This document shows, piece after piece, positions 18,615 to 28,195 of a stretch of DNA of 64,000 bases (its first letter is position 1; each line of letters opens with the position of its first letter). A program made the position numbers and the translations under genes. The notes under the pieces are model-generated. The model did no database searches, was not told where the DNA came from, and was given only the letters and a program-made list of their open reading frames with translations. This DNA is from a virus (taxonomy: Duplodnaviria; Caudoviricetes). The stretch is taken from positions 64,001 to 128,000 of IMG/VR virus record IMGVR_UViG_3300012983_000001; one strand, 5' to 3'.

Positions 18615-20379
18615 TAGTCTCACCTCCAGTGGTTATCTTAAGTTTGTACTGGTAAACGATTGGCGTGCAGTACTCTAAGTTCTCTACGCCTACTGGTCTG
18701 TTCATCTCGATTTTCAGCTGTACAGACTTTGGTTCTCCTACGATACTTAAGTTTCTACTCTTCTTCTGTGTGCTGTCGTCTGCCAAGAGGTTTTCGATGG
18801 AATCATTATTAACGTAATACTTATAAACACCTTGATATGCTCTATGCATTGGATATATCTGATGCCATGTAACGCCGCCGTTTAAGCTTACGTAATATCT
18901 TAAGATGTCTGGGTCATCACCAGGAATATATTCGACGGAGTCCAATGTAATACTTGTGATAATATCATCTGTCGTAAACTGTTTGCTTACGTATTCTCCA
19001 GTTTCTTTAAAGGTGCATGAAGATATTCTGATGTCACGGATACCTATCATGTATCTGTAAGCATCAATGATTTCTTGTCCTGACTTACAGGTAATCGTGC
19101 TTTCTGGTAATGTGAATAGTTTATCCTGTGTATAGGTTGCATCTGGTAACGGAGATAATGTATCTGGATATGTAATCCACTTTGTTGTTGGGTCATATTT
19201 GGCCCCTAGCAGGCCCACAGATGCTTTTTGTCCATCCACCCTAGCAAACATATCAGAATAATCGTAATCTTGAAATATGGACATGTTAGACGTGTTTGCC
19301 GACGTATAATAAAAATGTCCTATTTTGGTTAGGTATTTTGCAGGCTGTTTGAACGTAAATTCAATACGGCTTACTTCTTGTGGCGGGAATGGGAACACCA
19401 ATGTATCATTAAAGATTTGGTTAAGTGCCACTTCATATACATTATTAGAGGCCGTAATCACTTCGCACTTTTCTAAGTATCCGCTCTTTACGCCTTTGAT
19501 TTCTGATAAATACGGATTAATAGATACCCATGAACATGTAGTATCTGCCGCCAAATGAACGATTAACTTCAAACGCAAGATATCGTCGTTATTAACCCAA
19601 CTTACGCCTTCGTCATATTCAAATCCATATGAATTACATTGCTTTCTTACTTCGTCGGTAATAGCAAATAATTCGAACTCAAACCAAGTATCTGGTCTGC
19701 CATCTACCATGGAACTAGGGTCGTTATGCAAACCATCCTGTCCAATGAAATGCAGTTCGTTATTTAATGTATCGACACAGTGAGTATTACCTGGGAAACC
19801 ATTGCTTATTTCGCTGTCTATTTCTAATTTAGCTACGGTTGCATGGGCTCTTGTAGTTTGCTTTAAAGTCAGCACGCCATCCGTGGTATTTAGATAACAA
19901 CTATTGTCGGCATTGGTATTGCCCATCATTTCCTGGTCATTAAATAATTCTGTAAATACGACGGTCCCCATTGGCTGGTTCTTAGTAATACTCTCGCCTA
20001 TTGCAGCAATCTTCTTAGAGATATACGCTAACTCGTTCAACAACATTGTTCTACTGAGCTCTGCATCAGTAAAGGACTGCGAAATTAGTTTGCTTAATAT
20101 TTCGCAGTCCTTAATGATATACTCCATGTCACTATATGATTCTACAATCATTTTGTTATACTCATCAGACATTGGAGTACTAACTGCTGGTCTGTATTGA
20201 AACGTTGGTTTTGTTAACGATTCATAGAACTGTGTTAGCATTTCTTTGATTCTGTAATAGTACTCTGTTTCTGTTCTGATATTACCGTTCTTGTAATCAT
20301 AATTGATTTGAGACAAAAGGGTATTGAGCTTGTTATCTATCGCCGTGCTTTTATTAGTATATTGTAACAAGTTACCCAT
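18604..20379 (-). CDS. Virion structural protein
   Basis: TPMSDEYN and MVDGRPDTWFEFE motifs, C-terminal IRYY-like VSLNGG.TW..TP...YKLK; paralog of neighbours. Confidence 0.6.
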   Translation of the reverse strand: MGNLLQYTNKSTAIDNKLNTLLSQINYDYKNGNIRTETEYYYRIKEMLTQFYESLTKPTFQYRPAVSTPMSDEYNKMIVESYSDMEYIIKDCEILSKLISQSFTDAELSRTMLLNELAYISKKIAAIGESITKNQPMGTVVFTELFNDQEMMGNTNADNSCYLNTTDGVLTLKQTTRAHATVAKLEIDSEISNGFPGNTHCVDTLNNELHFIGQDGLHNDPSSMVDGRPDTWFEFELFAITDEVRKQCNSYGFEYDEGVSWVNNDDILRLKLIVHLAADTTCSWVSINPYLSEIKGVKSGYLEKCEVITASNNVYEVALNQIFNDTLVFPFPPQEVSRIEFTFKQPAKYLTKIGHFYYTSANTSNMSIFQDYDYSDMFARVDGQKASVGLLGAKYDPTTKWITYPDTLSPLPDATYTQDKLFTLPESTITCKSGQEIIDAYRYMIGIRDIRISSCTFKETGEYVSKQFTTDDIITSITLDSVEYIPGDDPDILRYYVSLNGGVTWHQIYPMHRAYQGVYKYYVNNDSIENLLADDSTQKKSRNLSIVGEPKSVQLKIEMNRPVGVENLEYCTPIVYQYKLKITTGGETIEY

Positions 20380-20391
20380 AATGATTCTCCT

Positions 20392-20670
20392 TTATTTCAG
20401 TGTTTTAACAATCTCATGTCTGATTAACAATAAGATACTGCGAGGACAAATCTGTTGGCAAGCAGCTGCCATGTATGCGTTACCAGAAAAATCAGCACTC
20501 ATGCAATCGAAAACAGCATCTGCAACTTCAATTGCAGATGCTCCTTCGTCCATTTTCTTCATGCCCGCATCCTTAATTGTAGCGCGTACAAAATTATCCA
20601 ATGTGTCGGCAGTATACTTATCAATAACCCCTTGAACAGCTTTTTTCATTGTATCTGTATAAGAAGTCAT
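20392..20670 (-). CDS. Small alpha-helical hypothetical protein
   Basis: GGAGGT RBS; similar to 20684-20998. Confidence 0.7.
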   Translation of the reverse strand: MTSYTDTMKKAVQGVIDKYTADTLDNFVRATIKDAGMKKMDEGASAIEVADAVFDCMSADFSGNAYMAAACQQICPRSILLLIRHEIVKTLK

Positions 20671-20683
20671 GATAGCTTACCTC

Positions 20684-20998
20684 CTACTCTTCTGTGGTTT
20701 CGACAGTTGCCGCATCTAATGCTTCGATACGTCTCTGTACTTCGCCCTGCATGTAAAGTGCAACGTTGTGCATTGAATCGCCCATACCAACAAGACCAAA
20801 GCCTGTCTGGTGAAGGTCTAATTTAGCTACTGCATCATATGCATTACATGCGATTTCTTCTGCGGACAGACCTGCTTCCATGCCCTGACGGATTACTGTT
20901 GACGGGAACATGCAGTTCTGTACGTTTGTAAAGTGACCCATGATTTCATAACCTGCGTCACATACGGATTGAATTTGTTCTTCTGTGTACTTAGCCAT
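20684..20998 (-). CDS. Small alpha-helical hypothetical protein
   Basis: GGAGGT RBS; EAGLSAEEIACNAYDAV resembles DEGASAIEVADAVFDCM of the next gene. Confidence 0.7.
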   Translation of the reverse strand: MAKYTEEQIQSVCDAGYEIMGHFTNVQNCMFPSTVIRQGMEAGLSAEEIACNAYDAVAKLDLHQTGFGLVGMGDSMHNVALYMQGEVQRRIEALDAATVETTEE

Positions 20999-21291
20999 TA
21001 GTTATTACCTCCTTCTGCGATAATCTTTCTGATTTCGGACATTGCAAATCTTACATTATTTGCTGTCAGTCCCTGGTTCAAGCAGGTTGGCATCAAGTAG
21101 GATTGTCCTGCTCCACAACCGTGTCTTACGGTATCAAAGGAGTCAAGGTATGTAGTCATTTCTAAGATAGTATCTTCCGTAGGATTCTTGATGATTTCGT
21201 TTGCTGCATGAGTAATCTCTTGTGTCTGTAAGAATTCATGACAGTACTGATATAATACATCATGAATCTGTTGCTGTTGTTGTGTTGTCAT
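20998..21291 (-). CDS. Small hypothetical protein
   Basis: AGGAGG RBS; TAATG coupling to the next gene. Confidence 0.7.
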   Translation of the reverse strand: MTTQQQQQIHDVLYQYCHEFLQTQEITHAANEIIKNPTEDTILEMTTYLDSFDTVRHGCGAGQSYLMPTCLNQGLTANNVRFAMSEIRKIIAEGGNN

Positions 21292-21307
21292 GGTTTAATC
21301 CTCCTTT

Positions 21308-23575
21308 TTAGATTGTTGTGAACTCCAACTTGTATTTATTGAGCACTGGTGTTATCCAGCTGTCTCTCTTAGTATTACGACGCAGTATGGCTTTTACTCT
21401 AATCTTGCAATCGAAACTCGGATAATTGACTTCAATCTTCTGAGTTTTAAGAATTGGCCGATTAAAATAAATATACCTCCCATTAGTATAATACTGTATT
21501 TTGTTCGTATTTGCAATAAAGTTCTTATAACTCTCAGCAGGATTTTCTTTATTTGTTACACATTGAATTGGACTATCCTCTGAATTTGTCTGATTCATCA
21601 CCTTGTTAGTGGTAATATCAATGATTTTTACATAGCTGGAAGTAAGTCCTGGCTGTGTACGACTATAATACGGATAGTTCTGAAGCTGGTATGCACCTGT
21701 GCCGTCTCCCATGATTTCTTCGTATGTATTGGATGGGATTGGGTCTTCTTCACTAATCAGGTTTAATTCTTTCGAAGAATCTGTTGGCTGATAGGATACA
21801 GTATACATTGCAAAGTGGTCGATATTGGATATCTCTACTGCAATAACATTACCTTCTTCGTCGTATCTTAAGATATAGTCTGCATCTTCTGTCATTACAA
21901 TATCGTTCATGTAAACAATAGGACGAATCATTTCCATTTGCTGATTGCCATCTTTATCACTAGTAAGAACGTTACCACATACCGCTTTATGTCTTAAGTA
22001 ACAATAAGCATAATCCAGCTGTAACAATTCTTTATAGACGTAGTTTTTGTTTACTGGACATATAGGTTTCCAGTCTTGGTAAGTCGGATTTTGCTTTGTC
22101 GTAACATAAAACTCAATATCAGTTGCAATATAACCATCAGTGGTTCTGTAATGTTCTTCTTCAGATTCTAATCTGATAGTATCTATTGCACCATCTACTT
22201 CGATTTCCTGGGACACATACACGCTGGCTTTCTGGAATTCTACAAAGTTAGGAGCTATATTGTAAAAGCCGTATGTATACTGATACTTGGTAACAGGTAA
22301 CATTTTATTATTGTTGTTAATCAATAAATCGTTTACATCAAGTACTTTGTTAGTAACGATTTTGTTATTGATATAACGCCACACTGGGTCTTCTGCTGCA
22401 CGGTCCAGATATAATGGAGCAAACACACTTGTGCTTTCCATTACTGCATTCTCTGCTTCGTTGTACGTTGCCTTAAACCAAAGTTCGTTTTTAAACATTT
22501 GGTTACAAGAAATCATATAGGTATCTTTAATACAATGTAACTGATTGATTAAGATATAAAGCTTTTTGCATGTTACCTCTGGAAAATGAAATGCATATTC
22601 TTGACCAATCGTCTGGCTATCTAACCATTCATGTACTGGATTATTCGGACAGACAATATCATAAGTATCGTCATCTTCATCATCTGACAGTGCATATCTG
22701 ATAGCTACGATATCTATCGGGAAGCTACCAAATGGTCTTAAGACAATCTCATTCACTTTGGTCAATGCTTCGAATGTCAGGCAGAGCTCACACAAAGCGC
22801 CTCGTGGTAAATCATAAAACGAACGATTTGTTTCTCCCAGCCCTGTAGCATCAGAAAATCCTGCACCACTTACTTTCATTTCAGCATCTGACAAAATAGT
22901 TTCCGCCCAATAGCTACTCATTGATGTGTCAATCGCATTCTCTAAGCGTGCTTCAGAATTGCGTGCTTTAATGAATCCAGAACCATATTGCTTTGTAATA
23001 CTGATTTCGCCAAGCTGTACACCAGATTTGTACACCATAACATTCTGTTGTCTGGAATAATTTAATGTAATGTTTTCCTGTTCAGGATTAAAGCGTACAT
23101 AAGTCGCTAATGGCATTACTTCACCGTATCGTTCGGTGTAAAACTTTTGGTCAGTTTCTTGATAGTTCTGAGTTCTAAATCCTTCGATAAAGCAATCAGG
23201 AGACCCTGCGGTACCAATAACAGCCGCATATTCATCTAATTTATCGTTTAAAGCTGCAATCGTAGAGTACAAAGTATTTACAATACTTTCGTTTAGCATT
23301 TGATGCGCACTAATGGTATTGTAAAGCTCATTGACATAACCGAATGTGGTAACGATATCTAAGTACAGTTCATACGCTGTTTGATTGTAATCCTCTGCAT
23401 TGGTTAATCCGTCCTGCGTTCTTAATGTAGTGGTAAGTAGCTTTTCCTGTACTTTAGCAATTAAGCTAGACTTATACAGGTCTCGTTCCGTATCCGTCAT
23501 GTATCTCATGTCTGATAACTGGGTAATAACTTTTGAAATCATATCTTCCTTGATTTTATCTAATGAAGTTACCAC
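21308..23575 (-). CDS. Virion structural protein
   Basis: AEDYNQ and NAIDTSMSSYWAE motifs, C-terminal TPVLNKYKL; paralog of neighbours. Confidence 0.6.
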   Translation of the reverse strand: MVTSLDKIKEDMISKVITQLSDMRYMTDTERDLYKSSLIAKVQEKLLTTTLRTQDGLTNAEDYNQTAYELYLDIVTTFGYVNELYNTISAHQMLNESIVNTLYSTIAALNDKLDEYAAVIGTAGSPDCFIEGFRTQNYQETDQKFYTERYGEVMPLATYVRFNPEQENITLNYSRQQNVMVYKSGVQLGEISITKQYGSGFIKARNSEARLENAIDTSMSSYWAETILSDAEMKVSGAGFSDATGLGETNRSFYDLPRGALCELCLTFEALTKVNEIVLRPFGSFPIDIVAIRYALSDDEDDDTYDIVCPNNPVHEWLDSQTIGQEYAFHFPEVTCKKLYILINQLHCIKDTYMISCNQMFKNELWFKATYNEAENAVMESTSVFAPLYLDRAAEDPVWRYINNKIVTNKVLDVNDLLINNNNKMLPVTKYQYTYGFYNIAPNFVEFQKASVYVSQEIEVDGAIDTIRLESEEEHYRTTDGYIATDIEFYVTTKQNPTYQDWKPICPVNKNYVYKELLQLDYAYCYLRHKAVCGNVLTSDKDGNQQMEMIRPIVYMNDIVMTEDADYILRYDEEGNVIAVEISNIDHFAMYTVSYQPTDSSKELNLISEEDPIPSNTYEEIMGDGTGAYQLQNYPYYSRTQPGLTSSYVKIIDITTNKVMNQTNSEDSPIQCVTNKENPAESYKNFIANTNKIQYYTNGRYIYFNRPILKTQKIEVNYPSFDCKIRVKAILRRNTKRDSWITPVLNKYKLEFTTI

Positions 23576-25140
23576 TATACCACCTCCTCTGTTCCTAATA
23601 CTTCATAATAGATTCTTGGGTTGTCAAATTCTTTTGTAAGCTTGTGTATCTTATATTCAGCTACAAAAGCAAATGGCTCAGAGCCATCTACTGATTGCCA
23701 TTTACCGTTTACAGTAGCAATGTTGCTGTGAATATCATCTTCAATAGGATGCTCACTGTCCCAGTTTAAATATTGTATAACATTACCTTCGCTGTCATAA
23801 TACTTGCCGTCGATATATGAACGTTGACCATCTATTAAATAACTTGTATCTTGCTTTAGCAATTTAGATACAAAAGTATTTTTTGTGGTAGAGTCTATTT
23901 TACAGAGTTTAAAATCTTCTTGATTAGCTCGATACTGTAAAGCATAAAATGCATCAATATTTACGCTGTCAGCTGCGATAATGGTATTAGCATCATATTT
24001 ATTGTCTTCAGTGGCATATACAGAGAACTTGCTAAGCAGGTTACAAGTAATAATAATTTTACCATCGTCATCTTGCGTGTCTTGAACAATAACATCAAAG
24101 GCATCGGTTTTAAAATGAAACGGAAGCGGAGTGGTGATAGTTTCGTTATCTTTATCGTATTTGAAATACAACTTGACTCTGCCATTCTTATACTTGTTTA
24201 ACGATATATTGTAACTTGCTTTTGACGTTTCGTTAATGTTTGTATACCCATCTGATTCATCGCCAATAGAAACCAAAGAAACAATGCCACTCTGGAAAGT
24301 AAATTCTCCACTATCAAGTAACATGTATCCATTCTTTAAGGCTTCAATAACGTTTTGTGCTCGTGATTGTGTAACCAAGCTAAGAATACGCTTTAACATT
24401 TCGTTTTTCCATGTCGATACGTTAGCGTCTGTATATGCTTGTGCATCTGACAACCATGTAATTGCATTCTCAGTAAACTCTTTTGCATTCACTACAATCT
24501 TAGAAATGTTTGCAATGTATTCTTGCAGATAAGCTAATCCATTTCTTTTAATAACAACAAGCTCTTGATTGTATGTAGAGAATTTATTGCAGTGGTCTAT
24601 CACTGCTTTTTCTAATTGCTCAAGGGCAATTAAATCAATCTGAGCTTGTCTTCCAGTGTATACTAATGCATCCAGTATTTCCTGGTTTGCATGGGAGTGC
24701 GCAAATCCTGAAGTCGGCCAAACAATTTTGGTTAATTCTTCTCGTAATCCCTTAATATCGTCAATGGTTTGTACGTGTTCTAAAGGAATTCTTGCATCAT
24801 ACAATCTAGGGTCATTGCCCTCACAGACAGTGTCAGCGATATCTCCAAAGTCTTTATTAAAAGCAGTCTGTTTATCTATCATTGGCTCTCCGCCGAAATC
24901 TTGGATTGTCAGTGTAATATCGCCAGTCAGTCCATTCAATGCAAATATATATCCTGTCTGTGATGCAATATGTTGCTTGAATCGCTTAAGGGCTTCAAGT
25001 ATAATTGCTTCAGTGGATTCTTTCGTAAAGTTCTTTTCGATATCAAAGTATCGTTGAATAATACGTAACAGGTATCGTTCGACGGCGTCTTTTTCTTTGG
25101 TATATTGATTATCGTTATGTCCTTTTATACTCATGGTCAC
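23575..25140 (-). CDS. Tail-fibre-like protein with a C-terminal C-type-lectin-like domain
   Basis: CEGNDPRLYDARIPLEH..I.DIKGL and HSHANQEILD fibre motifs; LCKIDS..N.FV...YLNWDSEHP...NGKWQSV...FVAEY. Confidence 0.65.
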   Translation of the reverse strand: MTMSIKGHNDNQYTKEKDAVERYLLRIIQRYFDIEKNFTKESTEAIILEALKRFKQHIASQTGYIFALNGLTGDITLTIQDFGGEPMIDKQTAFNKDFGDIADTVCEGNDPRLYDARIPLEHVQTIDDIKGLREELTKIVWPTSGFAHSHANQEILDALVYTGRQAQIDLIALEQLEKAVIDHCNKFSTYNQELVVIKRNGLAYLQEYIANISKIVVNAKEFTENAITWLSDAQAYTDANVSTWKNEMLKRILSLVTQSRAQNVIEALKNGYMLLDSGEFTFQSGIVSLVSIGDESDGYTNINETSKASYNISLNKYKNGRVKLYFKYDKDNETITTPLPFHFKTDAFDVIVQDTQDDDGKIIITCNLLSKFSVYATEDNKYDANTIIAADSVNIDAFYALQYRANQEDFKLCKIDSTTKNTFVSKLLKQDTSYLIDGQRSYIDGKYYDSEGNVIQYLNWDSEHPIEDDIHSNIATVNGKWQSVDGSEPFAFVAEYKIHKLTKEFDNPRIYYEVLGTEEVV

Positions 25141-25148
25141 ACCTGCCT

Positions 25149-26354
25149 TTATAACGTTACGTTTTGTTTAGCGTAGACATTGTATACTATACTTGCATCT
25201 TTGATTTCATCTGGAATCACATAAGATGTGGAATCAAACATGAGAACAATCTGATTCAGTCCGTATTTGGTACTTAACTGAATCGAACCATCTATTGCAT
25301 TGTCATGAAACAAAACATATGGTAATGCCGTTCGTACCGTTTTATAGTTCTCATCTTGATATTCAAGAAAGGCTTCGATTTGACAATCTCTTAAGGACTG
25401 TACACGAGCACTTAACTCAGCCATGATTGTAGGGTCAATTGCTATTGTTACTTCTTCAGAGGTTGTGAAGTTTAAATACTGTTTAAGATTAAACCGCATG
25501 GTGCCTGCTAATGTCATAATATTATTTGCCATCGCCAATGCTTTTATTAAGTCTTCTTTGGTGAAGTACTTTGCAAATTCTGTATTGAATGCCTGCTGTG
25601 CTTCTGTAATTTTATCGTCTGTATATTTCTTTGACAAATCATAATGTTCTTGATTGGTCTCTAGGATATACTGTTTAATGGTATCAATTTCTTTAACTAC
25701 TCTTTCGATTTCGGTATTAACCTCATCGACTTTGTCTTCGACCTCTTGACGATAGTCAATAATGTGTTGGTGGACTTCTTCAATGAGCTTTACCATTTTA
25801 CCTTCTAAGGTTTCCAACAATCTCAAGTCAATTGTTTCTTGGGCTCCTGTATATACAAGAATGTCCAGTACTTTTTGATTATCGTGTGAATGAGTTAAAT
25901 CATGTACACGCTCAATCTTACCAGTAAGAGTGCTGAGAATTCCTTCAAGACCAATAACATCGGATATCTCATGCTGATGGTCCAGTGGCTCTCTCTTATC
26001 GGATAATCTAGGGTCATTACCTTCGCAGGCCGTGTTTTCTTGATTACCAAAGTTTACATTGAATGCTGCGTTCTTTGGACTAATCAATGGCTCACCATAT
26101 AAATCTGCAAGAGAAATATTCACTGCGCCTGTACGCATCTTTCCATCAGGTAAGGTAATACTGAGTACACCGATGCCTTCATAAGAGATTTCTTCCTTCA
26201 TGCGTTCAACAGCACGCTTAATAATGAATTCTCTGGATGTAGTAGAAGCAATATTGGCATTCTTAAAGTATTCTTGCACTAAATTTAATAAATAGCGCTC
26301 AACGGTATCCGTGCCTTTTATATATCGGCTATCGGACAGTTCTTCCATTCTCAT
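25149..26354 (-). CDS. Tail-fibre-like protein, paralog of 23575-25140
   Basis: Shared VERYLL...YF, CEGNDPRL, H.H.I.DV.GL and HSHDNQKVLD.LVYTG segments. Confidence 0.65.
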   Translation of the reverse strand: MRMEELSDSRYIKGTDTVERYLLNLVQEYFKNANIASTTSREFIIKRAVERMKEEISYEGIGVLSITLPDGKMRTGAVNISLADLYGEPLISPKNAAFNVNFGNQENTACEGNDPRLSDKREPLDHQHEISDVIGLEGILSTLTGKIERVHDLTHSHDNQKVLDILVYTGAQETIDLRLLETLEGKMVKLIEEVHQHIIDYRQEVEDKVDEVNTEIERVVKEIDTIKQYILETNQEHYDLSKKYTDDKITEAQQAFNTEFAKYFTKEDLIKALAMANNIMTLAGTMRFNLKQYLNFTTSEEVTIAIDPTIMAELSARVQSLRDCQIEAFLEYQDENYKTVRTALPYVLFHDNAIDGSIQLSTKYGLNQIVLMFDSTSYVIPDEIKDASIVYNVYAKQNVTL

Positions 26355-26680
26355 GGTGTATTACCTCCCTGCTGTGTCATCATATCTTCCATTTCGTCTT
26401 CTAAATTATCATATACTGGACATTGTCTACAGGTTCGAACAATCTCAACATTATCCAGTACTTTCTCACCGAAGTCAGTGGACTGTCTAACTTTTTGTAA
26501 TACATTTTCTGTTTCGCCTAAGCTATTAAGGTAATCGCCATAGTATAACTTATGCATCTGATTGATTTCCATGCCGTTATAGTTAGGCCAATTGGTTTTT
26601 ACGAAAGCCAGACGTCCGTCATTATTCTCGAAATCATAGACCAGATGAACTGTGTCCATTGGTTCTATAATTCGTACCAC
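26351..26680 (-). CDS. Hypothetical protein, probably the +1 frameshift extension of 26745-27401
   Basis: GTG start without a clear RBS; the frame stays open upstream to the CCC TAG end of the previous gene. Confidence 0.6.
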   Translation of the reverse strand: MVRIIEPMDTVHLVYDFENNDGRLAFVKTNWPNYNGMEINQMHKLYYGDYLNSLGETENVLQKVRQSTDFGEKVLDNVEIVRTCRQCPVYDNLEDEMEDMMTQQGGNTP

Positions 26681-26744
26681 TTTATCATCTTGGGCTCTAT
26701 CTCTGACAATTATGGTTAGCCCATCATCAGAGCCTATTTCGACA

Positions 26745-27401
26745 CTAGGGAAACCTCATTAAGTCTGGGTTTGTCATGCCGTAGTTCTTTTCAACTTGAG
26801 CATCCCAGTACAGAATTGCATATCCGTTTAATACAGGACGTTCGCCTAATGCATTGGCTCTTATTTCAGTAATAATCTTAAAGCCAAATCTGAGGTTTTC
26901 TGTGAGGTGCAGAGGCAACTTTAATGCATTCGGTATAATCGGCCACCGCTCACCTGTGTATGTTTCTAAGTAATATTTTACTTCTGCGCCAACTGGTACT
27001 TCTTCGTTAACAATCAAGAAGAAATCATTTAACTCAATGTCAATACCATGCACGCTATGTACTAGTGTACTAACTGCCGTACCAGAAATAACCTGGTCTT
27101 CCAAAGTCAGCTGGCTCTTATTAAAGTCAATCTTAATATCAGAAGAAGCATTCATGTTAATGTATTCGCCAGTATTGAATCGGTCTAAGAACATGGCATT
27201 GGTATATAAGTTATTTTCAAAGATAGTATAGACACGTTCTTCAAATGCCGTATCTTTTACGGTATTTGTTTCTTGCTGCTGGACGTTTATATCCTGTTGA
27301 ATTTTATTGACGTCTTTGGCATCAATTCTTTCGTTGGACTCATTAACATGTCTTTTGTATTTCGTATACTGTCTTGTCTTATCATAATCGTTTAATGCCA
27401 T
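26745..27401 (-). CDS. Putative virion structural protein ending in TTT CCC TAG
   Basis: AGGAG RBS; IDAKDVNKIQ N-terminal motif typical of phage structural proteins. Confidence 0.65.
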   Translation of the reverse strand: MALNDYDKTRQYTKYKRHVNESNERIDAKDVNKIQQDINVQQQETNTVKDTAFEERVYTIFENNLYTNAMFLDRFNTGEYINMNASSDIKIDFNKSQLTLEDQVISGTAVSTLVHSVHGIDIELNDFFLIVNEEVPVGAEVKYYLETYTGERWPIIPNALKLPLHLTENLRFGFKIITEIRANALGERPVLNGYAILYWDAQVEKNYGMTNPDLMRFP

Positions 27402-27412
27402 GGTCTCATCTC

Positions 27413-27679
27413 CTATTCTATATTTATCATATCCATCTCTTTCTGATTGCCGTTCGTCATCATGTATTTTACTTTGCCATCTGTAACGAAGAAGTGTTCA
27501 CCTGTGGATTTATTTAACATAGAAGGCCAGAACGTTGGCTTTTCCATGTCTCCGTTAAAATCCCAGTAGACTGTTTCGCCTGACTCTTTTGTATAAAAAC
27601 AATATGTATCGCCCGTCATTGGAGACTCCATAACGTATGCGATTACAACGTTATCTCTTACGATTGGTTTAACTTTCAT
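27413..27679 (-). CDS. DUF6527-like small protein
   Basis: WDFNGD..KPTFWPSML...HFFVTDGKV signature. Confidence 0.55.
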   Translation of the reverse strand: MKVKPIVRDNVVIAYVMESPMTGDTYCFYTKESGETVYWDFNGDMEKPTFWPSMLNKSTGEHFFVTDGKVKYMMTNGNQKEMDMINIE

Positions 27680-27690
27680 CTCTTTCTCCT

Positions 27691-28185
27691 TTATATTATC
27701 ACATTATGATATCCATAGGAATAACTTTCTGTAAAAACTGGCTTAATGGATATTTGACAATCTTTCTCTAACATATAATCTTTTGTAATAATATCCTGGT
27801 AGTATTCCATTTCCATTTTATCATTAACCGTATAATTTTGCATTACGGTATCCAGAGTTATTAACTTGCTGAGACGATTATAATTATAACATAAGGAATT
27901 CAAGATAAAGCCATTCAAATATAATCTAAACTGGTGGTCCCTATCAAGATATGCGTCATATGGTAACTCCCATGTGGCATTGTCATTATAGGACAAATCA
28001 ATGCGCTTGATAATTGGATTTGGAACATTAGGGTTCTGGATAGTATCCATGAGTTCAGTTCTGACACCAGAAGAATAGGTATCATCTTTGTACGTTGCAT
28101 ATACTTCGTAAGATAATACGTTCTTAGATGCTAATCGTCTGAACGTAATGGTCTTCTTGAGTAATGCTGGAATTATATATTCCAT
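27691..28185 (-). CDS. Hypothetical virion-cluster protein
   Basis: GGAGGTG RBS; beta-rich LYLNG...Y module. Confidence 0.6.
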   Translation of the reverse strand: MEYIIPALLKKTITFRRLASKNVLSYEVYATYKDDTYSSGVRTELMDTIQNPNVPNPIIKRIDLSYNDNATWELPYDAYLDRDHQFRLYLNGFILNSLCYNYNRLSKLITLDTVMQNYTVNDKMEMEYYQDIITKDYMLEKDCQISIKPVFTESYSYGYHNVII

Positions 28186-28195
28186 AAGACACCTC

